Assembly: GCA_900767645.1 (NCBI GenBank)
Contig: CAAFZY010000005.1
Span: 28,986-92,985, forward strand
Direction of reading: 5' to 3'
Length of the DNA: 64,000 nt
Source of the DNA: Alphaproteobacteria bacterium
Lineage (GTDB): Bacteria > Pseudomonadota > Alphaproteobacteria > RF32 > CAG-239
In this document: positions 46,360 through 57,453 of the stretch, in pieces
Position numbering within the stretch: position 1 is the stretch's first letter
Layout: the number at the start of each line of letters is the position of its first letter
Notes under the pieces: generated by a model
Seen by the model: only the letters and a program-made list of their open reading frames with translations
Told to the model about the DNA's origin: nothing
The model's database searches: none
Made by a program: the position numbers and the translations under genes

Positions 46360-47997
46360 TTATTTTAAGTTGGATGTGTTGTTTTTTTCTGTTTCCGTAA
46401 CGGTTCCGTTATCATTGATTTGATATTTGATAAAATCGTATGGAAAATCTATATTGTTGCCATGCAGATAATAGGTGTTATCTTCTTCGTTCGGATTATG
46501 TATGACAGCTCCGATATCTTGCGCAATCATTTTAACCATTTGATAATGCGAAACAACGGGCGGCAAAGCGGCGTTGTTTTTCTTTTTTACAAAGAACGGA
46601 ACTTTTGCCTGCTCTATAACCAAATTATTGTGTCCGTACATGCCGTTATAATTTATCAATTCGCCGTGGTCTGCCGTAATGTATATGCTGTAATTTTTTC
46701 CTTGATTAAGTTTTTCAAATTCAGCCACCATGGAATCTATGGCCATATCCGTGTATAACAAGGCGTTGTCGTAAGTATTTTGATAATAGGTGAATCGGTC
46801 TTTGCTTTCGGCCGCCGGTTTGAATTTTTCAAATTCCGCTTCACGTCCTTTGTAACGATTTTCAAACGGAGAATGAGGCGAACGCATGTGTAAAACAACA
46901 AAGTGCTTACCGGTTGTGAAATCTATTTCGTTTAATAGTTTTGCCAGCCCTTCGTCATGGTATTTACTGAAAAATATGAGTTTCATATCATTTGTAATTA
47001 TTTCATCAACATTTTTGGCGCCGAAACTCATTGTTAAACGGGATTCTTGGTTTGAAAAATAATATGTTTTATAGCCGGCTTGCTTTGCCAAACGAAAGAT
47101 GTTGGCCGTTTTTGATTGTAATTCATTATGATTGGCCGGTTCTCTGATGCCGTTAAAAAACAACAAGGTGGAAGTTGCGGTGGCTATTCCCCCCGATATG
47201 CCTGAGGCAATTTGCCATTCCGGATTGCTTTTAATTCTTTTTTCCATGCGCGGAAAAGTTTGACGATTATAGCCATATAGTTGGATATGCTGTGAATATA
47301 AGCTTTCTCCGAAAATAAGCAAAATATTTTCTGTTTCGGAGGTTGTTGCAATTTGAGCCGAATAAGGCTTGTAAGTAATATTCAAAGTTTGACTGGCGTC
47401 AGGTAAATAACGAAAGAAAAAGTATGAAAATGTGTTAATACTGTTGCGTAAGCTCGGACGGGTTACGCTGGGCTGAAAATACCAAATGTCTTTGGTGTGC
47501 GAAAAAGCGCGGTAAGGTTTATGCATGGCTAAATACAGTAAAATAATCCATATCCACTTTATTTTAACCATGTTGCATTTTTTGAATACGTAAACGCACA
47601 AGCCGTACAATATAAGCAACAGCGGAGTGTTAAACCAGGTGGTTCGCAAATACGATAAATCAAAAATATCTTTTGTTTCGCGGGCTATATTCACCAAATT
47701 ACTTGCTTCAAGCGGGGCGCCGAAATAAGAAAGATAATTCAGCTGTATGATTTGCATTAAAAAGATTATTCCGAGAAAGAAAAATGCTGTGTAAGAGCCT
47801 GCCAACGAAAGTAAAAAACCAAATAATAAAACTCCGCCGAAAAATAAATATTCAAGATGTATGGGCAAATCAAAAATTATTTTTATAACAAAGTCAGGCA
47901 AAAAAGCTGCCAGAGTAAAACAGATTGTAAACAAAATGTTGTGGTATATGTTTTTTCCTTTATATTGCGGTTTTATGTAGTTTGCTATATTAATCAT
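46360..47997 (-). CDS. phosphoethanolamine transferase (EptA/LptA family, sulfatase domain)
   Basis: Five N-terminal TM helices and a sulfatase-like periplasmic domain (LIFGESLYS, HMRSPHSPF). Confidence 0.7.
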   Translation of the reverse strand: MINIANYIKPQYKGKNIYHNILFTICFTLAAFLPDFVIKIIFDLPIHLEYLFFGGVLLFGFLLSLAGSYTAFFFLGIIFLMQIIQLNYLSYFGAPLEASNLVNIARETKDIFDLSYLRTTWFNTPLLLILYGLCVYVFKKCNMVKIKWIWIILLYLAMHKPYRAFSHTKDIWYFQPSVTRPSLRNSINTFSYFFFRYLPDASQTLNITYKPYSAQIATTSETENILLIFGESLYSQHIQLYGYNRQTFPRMEKRIKSNPEWQIASGISGGIATATSTLLFFNGIREPANHNELQSKTANIFRLAKQAGYKTYYFSNQESRLTMSFGAKNVDEIITNDMKLIFFSKYHDEGLAKLLNEIDFTTGKHFVVLHMRSPHSPFENRYKGREAEFEKFKPAAESKDRFTYYQNTYDNALLYTDMAIDSMVAEFEKLNQGKNYSIYITADHGELINYNGMYGHNNLVIEQAKVPFFVKKKNNAALPPVVSHYQMVKMIAQDIGAVIHNPNEEDNTYYLHGNNIDFPYDFIKYQINDNGTVTETEKNNTSNLK

Positions 47998-48234
47998 TTT
48001 TCTGCCGTCGGGATAAAATTACGAAATTGTTTTTAATAGGCATACAGTAATCAAATTGCTGATGAAATCAACTGTTTTTTAACGGTTTTACCATTTTTAT
48101 CGGTGGTTTATGATAATATTGCTCCGGTCTTGTTTTTTGCTGTTTGTATATTACTCGGATTTGTTACGGAGTTAAACAAAAAGGTCGGAAAAATTTCCGA
48201 CCTTTGCTGAAAATATATATTTTCTTTGTACCGA

Positions 48235-48720
48235 TTAACGTTTGCTGAATTGGTAAGAACGACGAGCTTTGGCTCTGCCGTATTTTTTACGTTCAACAAC
48301 ACGGTCATCACGAGTTAAGAAACCGGCCTGTTTCAAAACAGTGCGCAATTCCGGCTCGTATTCATTCAAAGCTTTTGAAATGCCGTGTTTAATGGCACCG
48401 GCCTGACCGGACAATCCGCCGCCTTTAACAGTGCAAACAACGTCAAATTCATTAACGCGGTTGGTAACTTCAAACGGTTGATTGATAATCATTTTCAAAA
48501 CCGGACGGGCAAAATACTGATCAAGAGATTTTTCATTGATGGTAATGTTGCCTTTACCGGGCATAACCCAAACGCGGGCAACGGCGTCTTTTCTTTTGCC
48601 GGTGGCATAAGCGCGACCCTGTTTGTCTTTGTTGGCTTTACGAACAACTTTAGCTTCAGCGGCGGCAGTTGTTGAGGCAGCAGCTTTAATATCCTGCAAA
48701 GATTCAATTTTTTTAGCCAT
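48235..48720 (-). CDS. rpsI: 30S ribosomal protein S9
   Basis: [16 protein letters not shown] ... [19 protein letters not shown] ... [18 protein letters not shown]. Confidence 0.9.
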   Translation of the reverse strand: MAKKIESLQDIKAAASTTAAAEAKVVRKANKDKQGRAYATGKRKDAVARVWVMPGKGNITINEKSLDQYFARPVLKMIINQPFEVTNRVNEFDVVCTVKGGGLSGQAGAIKHGISKALNEYEPELRTVLKQAGFLTRDDRVVERKKYGRAKARRSYQFSKR

Positions 48721-49187
48721 TATAAAGCACTCCTTTTGTTTTTCGGGTTACGGGCGGCAATATCCAAAACTTCAGGATTTTGCGCAGTATGCGGATGTTC
48801 GTTGCCGGCATAAACTTTAAGTTTTGACATTTGTTGACGTCCCATCGGGTTGCGGGTAATCATGCGTTCAACAGCTTTTTCAATAACGCGTTCCGGAAAA
48901 CGACCGGCTAAAATTTTAGCAGGGGTGGTTTCTTTAATACCGCCAATCCAACCGGTGTGTTTGAAATATTTTTTATGGGTAAGTTTTTTGCCGGTTAATT
49001 TAACTTTGTCGGCATTAACAACAACAACATAGTCGCCGCAGTCAAGGTTAGGAACAAAGCAAGGTTTGTGTTTGCCGCGTAAAATTTTAGCAACTTCAGC
49101 TGCCAAACGGCCGAGCACAACACCTTCAGCATCAACAACATACCATTTTCTCTCAATATCTGAGGGTTTGGTTGCATATGTAGTCAT
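48720..49187 (-). CDS. rplM: 50S ribosomal protein L13
   Basis: [16 protein letters not shown]...KLTGKK..K.YF.HTGWIGG. Confidence 0.9.
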   Translation of the reverse strand: MTTYATKPSDIERKWYVVDAEGVVLGRLAAEVAKILRGKHKPCFVPNLDCGDYVVVVNADKVKLTGKKLTHKKYFKHTGWIGGIKETTPAKILAGRFPERVIEKAVERMITRNPMGRQQMSKLKVYAGNEHPHTAQNPEVLDIAARNPKNKRSAL

Positions 49188-49297
49188 ATTTTTTCTCTTT
49201 CTTAAAAAATAGAAGGTTTGTTAAATTCGGGTTAAATATACATAAATATTTGCAATTGTCAACAACAAAAAACACCGCAAATGCAATATGTTAGAAC

Positions 49298-49315
49298 ACG
49301 GTATTATAATACCGT
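49298..49315. promoter_or_regulatory. perfect 18-bp palindrome ACGGTATTATAATACCGT in the rplM/pilin-2 divergent region (candidate operator)
   Basis: Self-complementary when read directly. Confidence 0.35.
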
Positions 49316-49679
49316 TATTTATGTTGTTGTTTTTGCACAATTTAGGGCTTTGCGTTTGTAGCTCTATGCGCGATTCTTGACATATAACTAAAGATATATA
49401 ACGCAATCGGACTTGACTTTTGCATAGGTTTTACTTATTCTGAAAGGTAGATAGTCAAATGGACTATTCGGAACTAAACAATTCCATGATAACGCGTCTT
49501 GAAACTTGGTGTAGGGACGTTAAATTTTATATGCCAACCGGTCGTTGACTGGAAGGCGGTAAAATAAGCCTTGCGGTCAATATACCGCGCTATTTCGTTG
49601 TCATAGTTGTTTACTTCCAGTCGCTTTTTTCATTGAAAACAGCGATTTTTTTGTAACCTTAAGATTATGAAGGATTTTT

Positions 49680-50348
49680 ATGATGATGAAATATAATGAA
49701 AACGGCCGTTCAATGGTTGAAATGCTTGGCGTATTGGCGATTATCGGCGTTTTGTCGGTTGGCGGTATCGCCGGCTATTCAAAGGCTATGAACAAATACA
49801 AAATTAACAAAACTACCGATCAGGTTTCAATGCTTGTTGCTAACATCCGTACTTTGTTCTCTTCACAGGGCAACTATAAAGGTTTGACTAATGCTCAGGC
49901 TATTAAATTCGGTGTTGTTCCGAATGATATGTATACTCCTAAATCAGGAAATGCAGAGATTACTGAAATTACAAACGCTTTTGGTGGCGCTGTTACTATT
50001 GCTGCTTCAGGAGGTCGTGCTAAAGATGATAATGAAGCTTTTACTATCGCTTACAGTGGGTTGACATCTGAGGCCTGCATTACCATTGCCACCGGTGACT
50101 GGGGTTCAGGTCAGGCTTCCGGTTTGATTGGTATTGCTGCGGTTGGTAAGGAAGCAGAAGACGCTACTGATAAGGGTGCTTTGGCCAAACTTGCAGAGAT
50201 CTATACCACAGCCACTGATGGAACTGCTAATGTAAGCATACCTGGTGCTACAGATACAGCCAATAGAACTCCGATGACTGTTTCTAAAGCTGTTGGAATA
50301 TGCAATGGATCTGGCAGCACTAACTCAGTTGCTTGGAAGTACTACTAA
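49680..50348 (+). CDS. type IV pilin-like protein, paralog 2
   Basis: N-terminal 60 aa near-identical to paralogs 1 and 3 (NENGRSMVEMLGVLAIIGVLSVGGIAGYSKAMNKYKINKTTDQVSMLVAN). An RBS GAAGGA is present. Confidence 0.65.
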   Translation: MMMKYNENGRSMVEMLGVLAIIGVLSVGGIAGYSKAMNKYKINKTTDQVSMLVANIRTLFSSQGNYKGLTNAQAIKFGVVPNDMYTPKSGNAEITEITNAFGGAVTIAASGGRAKDDNEAFTIAYSGLTSEACITIATGDWGSGQASGLIGIAAVGKEAEDATDKGALAKLAEIYTTATDGTANVSIPGATDTANRTPMTVSKAVGICNGSGSTNSVAWKYY

Positions 50349-50542
50349 TTTAAGCGAGTTTATGCAAAAGTGCGGCTATCCCCTACATGCCAATCTTTTG
50401 TGTAAAGAAAATATTATGTGCATAACATAATATTTTCCCCTAACGGAAACCCGATAAATTATTATCGGGTTTCTCTCTTTTTATAAAAATAAAACTTGCA
50501 TTACGGTGCAAAGTATAATAAACATACAAACAAATAAATTTC

Positions 50543-50618
50543 GGTTCCATCGTCTAGTGGTCTAGGACGCGGCCCTCTCAAGGCTGCAACACGGGTTCAA
50601 ATCCCGTTGGAATCACCA
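50543..50618 (+). tRNA. tRNA-Glu (anticodon CUC)
   Basis: GGTTCCATCGTCTAGTGGTCTAGGAC...anticodon loop CUCUCAA...GGTTCAAATCC...ACCA. It is followed by the terminator aaaaccgcctttacggcggtttt. Confidence 0.7.
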
Positions 50619-50620
50619 AT

Positions 50621-50650
50621 ACCAAAACCGCCTTTACGGCGGTTTTATGA
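50621..50650 (+). terminator. intrinsic terminator after tRNA-Glu
   Basis: aaaaccgcc-tttac-ggcggtttt. Confidence 0.6.
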
Positions 50651-50706
50651 AGACAATCAAACCCCCGCTTTAATTAAAAAGCGGGGGTTTGTGTTAAGAA
50701 ATTATC

Positions 50707-53142
50707 TTAATCTTTCGCGGTTGGCTCAATACGCATGGCGTAGAATGAGCGCCATACAAATACCAAACCAAGCAGGAAGAAGAAAATTCCGAGCCCGAAT
50801 GATACGCATGCCGGAGCTTTGGCCGCCATTTCAACCGCCAACAATCCGAACAAGGTGGTAAATTTAATAATCGGGTTTAAGGCAACCGATGAGGTGTCTT
50901 TGTACGGGTCGCCGACGGTATCGCCTACCACGGCGGCATCATGCAACGGAGTGCCTTTTTCCTGTAAGTCTACTTCAACAACCTTTTTGGCGTTATCCCA
51001 AGCGCCGCCGGCGTTAGCCATATATAATGCTTGGAACAATCCGAAAATGGCAATTGAAATTAAGTAACTTGCAAACAAGTTGGCGTTAAAGCATGCAAAC
51101 GCAATCGTAAATGAGAAGATTACGATAAAGATGTTGAGCATACCTTTTTGCGCATAAATGGTGCAAATGCGAACCACATTTTTAGAATCTTCAATTGATG
51201 CGGCGCTTTTGCCGTCAAGATGAATGTGCTTTTTAATGTAGTTTACTGCTTTGTATGCACCGGCCGAAACAGCCTGCATTGAAGCGCCGGAAAACCAATA
51301 AATTACGGCTCCGCCTAAAATTAAACCAAATAAAACATTCGGGTCTAAAAGGTTTAATGAAAGGTTCAACAGCAAGATGATTGAGAAAATCATGGTGGTT
51401 GCGCCGATTACCGCCGTGCCGATTAATACCGGTTTGGCAGTCGCCTTAAAGGTGTTGCCGGCAGAATCGTTTTCTTCCAACAAGTGTTTGCCGACTTCAA
51501 AGTTAGGTTCAAAACCGTAATCGGATTTGATTTCTTTTTTGATGCCTTTAATTTGCTCAATTTGTGAAAGTTCGAACACGGATTGAGCGTTATCGGTAAC
51601 AGGTCCGTATGAGTCAACGGCGATAGTAACCGGTCCCATGCCGAGCATACCGAAAGCCACCAAGCCAAACGCAAACACGGTCGGGTAAACCATGTAGGGG
51701 TCAAGTCCGGTACGAGCGGTTAAAAAGGCGATTACCATCAGGCCGACCATAACAATACCTTGCCAAAAGCCTGAGAAGTTGCCTGAAACAATACCAGAGA
51801 TAATGTTTAAGGAGGCGCCGGCCTCGCGGCTTGCGTTTACAACTTCTTGAACGTGTTTAGACTTTGAAGAGGTGAAAATTTTGGTAAATTCCGGAATTAA
51901 GGCGGCGGCTAAAGTTCCGCAGCTGATAATAACCGAAAGTTTCCACCACAAATCAGGACCGAATACGGCGCGGTCAATCATAACATATGATACTCCGAAG
52001 GTTACCATAATGGAAATAATTGAGGTGAGCCATACAAGGCTGGTGAGCGGAGTTTCAAAGTTAAAGCTGTCTTTTTTGCCGAACAGAGCTTTGGAAATGG
52101 CGTTGTTCAGCGAGTATGATAAAATTGAGGTCAAAATCATCAATACGCGCATGGTGAAAATCCATGTAATTAAGCGAGCCTGAATGTCAATGCCGTTTGC
52201 CATCGGAGTTAATGATCCGTCAGAGGCATACATCATGCCGGCTCCCAAAACGATAAAGCTGATTAAGGCCACGCCGGTTACGCCATAGGTTTCAAAACCA
52301 TCGGCGGTAGGACCGACCGAATCGCCGGCATTGTCGCCGGTACAGTCGGCAATAACTCCGGGGTTGCGGGCGTCGTCTTCATCAATTTTGAAAATAATTT
52401 TCATCAGGTCAGCGCCGATGTCGGCGATTTTGGTGAAAATACCGCCGCAAATACGCAGGGCGGAAGCGCCTAAAGATTCACCGATGGCGAATCCGATAAA
52501 GCAAGCGCCGGCATTGTCACGCGGAACAAACAGCAAGATGAAAATCATCATGATGAGTTCAACGCAAATCAGCAACACGCCGATAGACATACCCGAATGC
52601 AACGGTAAGTTCATAACCGGAAAAGCCTTGCCTTTTAATGAGGCAAACGAGGTGCGGGCATTGGCATAAGTGTTGATGCGCATGCCGAACCACGCAACCG
52701 AGAATGAACCCATAATACCCAAAACCGACCATAATAAAATGTTTAACACTTTCATTAACGGAACGGCGTTAAGATAAAAGAAGTAATAAAAAATGCAAAC
52801 GGCAATAAAGCACTCAAGCACCAACAAAAGCTTGGCTTGCTGCTTCATGTATGTTTTGCAGGTGGTGTAAATTGTTTCAGCAACATTAAGCATAGCCTGA
52901 TGCGCCGGAAGGTTTTTGATTCTGATAAATTCATACAGACCAAAAAGCATTCCTAAAATGCAAACACCCATGCCGGCAAGCAAAATATCCGAGCCGGTGA
53001 CGGTTGTTCCGAAAATGTTAAACGCCACATTCAAAGACGGAATGTGTAAGTCAATTTCAGAGGCATGTGCATTGTTAAGAATAAAGAACATTGAAAATAA
53101 AGCCGCAGATGCTGCTTTAAATAACTGGTTTATTTTTAGCAT
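50707..53142 (-). CDS. hppA: membrane-bound H+-translocating pyrophosphatase
   Basis: GDNAGDSVGPTADGFETY and multiple conserved TM motifs. The N-terminus is extended and the true start may be internal. Confidence 0.85.
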   Translation of the reverse strand: MLKINQLFKAASAALFSMFFILNNAHASEIDLHIPSLNVAFNIFGTTVTGSDILLAGMGVCILGMLFGLYEFIRIKNLPAHQAMLNVAETIYTTCKTYMKQQAKLLLVLECFIAVCIFYYFFYLNAVPLMKVLNILLWSVLGIMGSFSVAWFGMRINTYANARTSFASLKGKAFPVMNLPLHSGMSIGVLLICVELIMMIFILLFVPRDNAGACFIGFAIGESLGASALRICGGIFTKIADIGADLMKIIFKIDEDDARNPGVIADCTGDNAGDSVGPTADGFETYGVTGVALISFIVLGAGMMYASDGSLTPMANGIDIQARLITWIFTMRVLMILTSILSYSLNNAISKALFGKKDSFNFETPLTSLVWLTSIISIMVTFGVSYVMIDRAVFGPDLWWKLSVIISCGTLAAALIPEFTKIFTSSKSKHVQEVVNASREAGASLNIISGIVSGNFSGFWQGIVMVGLMVIAFLTARTGLDPYMVYPTVFAFGLVAFGMLGMGPVTIAVDSYGPVTDNAQSVFELSQIEQIKGIKKEIKSDYGFEPNFEVGKHLLEENDSAGNTFKATAKPVLIGTAVIGATTMIFSIILLLNLSLNLLDPNVLFGLILGGAVIYWFSGASMQAVSAGAYKAVNYIKKHIHLDGKSAASIEDSKNVVRICTIYAQKGMLNIFIVIFSFTIAFACFNANLFASYLISIAIFGLFQALYMANAGGAWDNAKKVVEVDLQEKGTPLHDAAVVGDTVGDPYKDTSSVALNPIIKFTTLFGLLAVEMAAKAPACVSFGLGIFFFLLGLVFVWRSFYAMRIEPTAKD

Positions 53143-53279
53143 AATACAATCCTTATAAAGTTTATTATACCCATACCAAGAATTAGGGTATGGGTATTTA
53201 TGGTGCTATTGTATGCCTTCTTTTCTAAAGAATCTATTAAATTTTACGGATATTAACCGCAACATTGTGAATATATTTT

Positions 53280-54050
53280 TTATAGCGGTTTTTCAACATC
53301 TAAGCGCTCAATTTCAAGATAGGTTTTGCCGCTGTTGTCTTTAATGTCGGCATCGGCACCTGATTTTAACAACAGCACGCTAATGTCGTCGTTGTTGCCT
53401 GCGGCGGCATAAAACAATGCGGTTTTACCGTTTTTATCTTGAGCGTTTACGTTGGCGCCTTTTTCAATCAGCATTTTGGCAATTTCATAGTTCCAAGCGT
53501 TGGTTGCGGCGTTCATTAAAGGTGTTCCGAGCGCTCCTTCCTGATTAATGTCAGCGCCTTTTTCAATCAGCATTTGCGCCATTTTGAACATGCGTTCCAT
53601 TTCATGAAAAAGTTTTTCCTGCACTTTTTCTTGCACTTCAGGGTCATTTAAATCAAGCCCCATGGCTTGCATCATAATAATCTGCAGTTGCAACTCGTTA
53701 GCTTTAGATGTCGGAATATTAATCGGTAAAATGCCTGATTTGGTCGGAGTATTGACATCGGCTCCCAACTCAATGGCTTTAATAGCTGTTTCAAGATTGC
53801 GGTTGCGGGTCAACAAATAAAATAAAGGAGTGTTGCCGTTAGAATCTTGAGCGTTAAAGTCAAAATTTTGTTTTTTTAATTCTTCCAATGAGGCAACGGT
53901 AGCGTTTTTCAGTTGCGCTTCAATGTCGCTTTCGGTCGGCTTAAGCATAACCTCTTTTTGCGGTTCGGGGGCAGGCGCGGCAGCCGGTTCGGCGGCAAAA
54001 GCAGGCGTTGTTAAGGCAAATAAACAAACGGCAATTATTAATCGATACAT
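53280..54050 (-). CDS. secreted ankyrin-repeat protein
   Basis: Has a signal peptide and at least four ANK repeats (NGNTPLFYLL..., GTPLMNAATNAWNYEIAKMLIEKGANVNAQDKNGKTALFYAA...). Confidence 0.75.
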   Translation of the reverse strand: MYRLIIAVCLFALTTPAFAAEPAAAPAPEPQKEVMLKPTESDIEAQLKNATVASLEELKKQNFDFNAQDSNGNTPLFYLLTRNRNLETAIKAIELGADVNTPTKSGILPINIPTSKANELQLQIIMMQAMGLDLNDPEVQEKVQEKLFHEMERMFKMAQMLIEKGADINQEGALGTPLMNAATNAWNYEIAKMLIEKGANVNAQDKNGKTALFYAAAGNNDDISVLLLKSGADADIKDNSGKTYLEIERLDVEKPL

Positions 54051-54188
54051 AATTTGTAATCCTTACTGGTTGACGTATACTTTTACAATAATAATTTTTG
54101 CAAACTTTGCAAGGAATAAAATAAAACATCTGTTGTCGGTTAATTTTTTATGTCGCGCTTCTTGACAAGCTTGTTTGCAAACACTAAC

Positions 54189-54208
54189 TAAAGCATTAGT
54201 GAAAAACT
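54189..54208. promoter_or_regulatory. inverted repeat CACTAA-N8-TTAGTG upstream of groES (not a canonical CIRCE)
   Basis: Read from the sequence. It lies 18 bp upstream of the groES ATG. Confidence 0.25.
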
Positions 54209-54225
54209 TATATGAGGATTGTACA

Positions 54226-54513
54226 ATGAAAATTAAACCTTTACATGACAGAGTTTTGGTTCGCCGCGTTGACGAAGTTACCAAAACACATGGCGGAATC
54301 ATTATTCCGGATACGGCAAAAGAAAAACCGTCGGAAGGCGTGGTTGAAGCTGTCGGCACCGGGCGCGTTACGCCTGACGGTAAAATTGTTCCGATGTCGG
54401 TTAAAGAAGGCGACCGCGTATTGTTTGGCAAATATGCCGGTACGGAAGTTAAAGTTGACGGCGAAAGCCGCTTGATGATTCGTGAAGAAGATATTTTGGC
54501 AATTGTAGAATAA
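54226..54513 (+). CDS. groES: co-chaperonin GroES
   Basis: [17 protein letters not shown]...[13 protein letters not shown]. Confidence 0.9.
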   Translation: MKIKPLHDRVLVRRVDEVTKTHGGIIIPDTAKEKPSEGVVEAVGTGRVTPDGKIVPMSVKEGDRVLFGKYAGTEVKVDGESRLMIREEDILAIVE

Positions 54514-54524
54514 GAAAGGATTAA

Positions 54525-56180
<1,656 letters not shown>

Positions 56181-56202
56181 TCTGATTTCCGCTGAAAAAT
56201 GT

Positions 56203-56234
56203 AAACAGCCGGTGATATTGCCGGCTGTTTTTTT
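56203..56234. terminator. bidirectional terminator between groEL and pilin-3
   Basis: aaacagccggtgatattgccggctgttttttt. Confidence 0.6.
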
Positions 56235-56235
56235 A

Positions 56236-56862
56236 TTATAAATCCCATTTAATTTTTAAATGAGGAGTTTTTTTGCCGATATGCATGGTGCAAATGTCAT
56301 AAATGTTATTAAGAGTTAAATCTTTTAAGCATTGTCCTCCTTTGGCGCATTTTTGGTCGCCATACATAACCGCAATATTGTAATCATCTGTGTTCCAACC
56401 GTTCAGGCTTTCAAGTTGGGTGATGTTACCGGAGTTTTCTTTGGCGGTTATCAGTATGTTGCGGCATATCTCTAAATTTTGGGTGCTTTTAGTTTCAAGT
56501 TGAGGCTCCATAAATAAAATGACACGCTTTGCACCATCTTCATATAGCTCATAAGCGATATAATAGGCATTTTTAAAAATGTCATAAATGAACCCGTCAT
56601 AACTGACAGCCATTTCTTTGGGAATTTCGCCCATTTTAATAAAGATGCCGGTTAAGTTTGCGCCCTGTTTTAAATTAGCAAAATTATGCGCGTTGCTTGC
56701 AACCGCATTAATTACAGTGTTTAATTGTTCCGCTTGTTTGTTAAGCTTGTATTTGAACATTGCCTTAGAGTATCCGGCAATCGCCCCGACGGATAAAACC
56801 CCGATAATCGCAAGAACGCCGAGCATCTCGACCATAGACCGCCCATTTTCTGATTTCATCAT
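56236..56862 (-). CDS. type IV pilin-like protein, paralog 3
   Basis: MMKSENG|RSMVEMLGVLAIIGVLSVGAIAGYSKAMFKYKLNK. An RBS GAGGAG lies 8 nt upstream of the ATG at 56862. The ORF track extends to 56877. Confidence 0.6.
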   Translation of the reverse strand: MMKSENGRSMVEMLGVLAIIGVLSVGAIAGYSKAMFKYKLNKQAEQLNTVINAVASNAHNFANLKQGANLTGIFIKMGEIPKEMAVSYDGFIYDIFKNAYYIAYELYEDGAKRVILFMEPQLETKSTQNLEICRNILITAKENSGNITQLESLNGWNTDDYNIAVMYGDQKCAKGGQCLKDLTLNNIYDICTMHIGKKTPHLKIKWDL

Positions 56863-56919
56863 TAAAAATCTCCTCAAAAAGTTACTTTTAAAATAATATT
56901 ATCTCGCGTTTTTTTTTTG

Positions 56920-56954
56920 CAATATTTACGAGTCCGTGCTGTGTATAAGTTGTA
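56920..56954. repeat. 35-bp conserved noncoding motif, copy 2 (copy 1 at 440-474)
   Basis: See copy 1. It lies just upstream of the putative pilin-3 promoter TTGCAA-N17-TAATAT (minus strand). Confidence 0.6.
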
Positions 56955-56967
56955 TGTTATCGGCGGG

Positions 56968-57150
56968 ATTATTCCGCTGCGCTCCATTCACTGCGCTCAT
57001 CGGCTATTGCCGACCGGCGTTCTTCCGCCCGCCTTTCGCTTGTAGTCGGTCTGGCTCATAAGCTCTGCCCTATGGGCAATCGCTAACTCGCTGCGGTCAC
57101 TTGTTTTGTAAGCTCGCTGCGGTTGCTGTCGCTTTCCTGGCTCACCGTAA
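56968..57150. repeat. ~185-bp repeat element, full copy (partial copies at 34756-34866 and 35027-35105), located 3' of tRNA-Arg
   Basis: Aligned by eye to the two partial copies. It contains internal direct repeats ctcgctgcggt x2 and is followed by the hairpin aaaaaaagcaccgtaatggtgcttttttt. Confidence 0.65.
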
Positions 57151-57199
57151 ATGTCTATCCGCACCATTAAAAAAAGCACCGTAATGGTGCTTTTTTTAA

Positions 57200-57276
57200 T
57201 GGCGCGCCCGGCGGGATTCGAACTCACAACCTTCTGATCCGTAGTCAGATGCTCTATCCAATTGAGCTACGGGCGC
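57200..57276 (-). tRNA. tRNA-Arg (anticodon ACG)
   Basis: GCGCCCGTAGCTCAATTGGATAGAGCA...anticodon loop CUACGGA...GGTTGTGAGTTCGAATC...GCCA, from the reverse complement. Confidence 0.85.
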
Positions 57277-57453
57277 ATCGCAATTTACTGTGTTAATAAA
57301 ACAAAACTTTTCGTTTTGCAAGCATTTTTTTACATAATTTTTATTTTTTTGTTAAAATTCTTGCTAAAACTTTAATTTCACGCTTGTATTTTAATAAAAT
57401 TGACTCTAAAACTTAATTAATCGGTCAACTAATTTGTAAAAAGGCTTTATATT

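Noticed and set aside
54140-54225. Canonical CIRCE (TTAGCACTC-N9-GAGTGCTAA) or a sigma32 promoter upstream of groES
   Set aside because: No match to either consensus was found. Only a 6-8-6 inverted repeat, CACTAA-N8-TTAGTG, is present. It is listed as a low-confidence regulatory feature.
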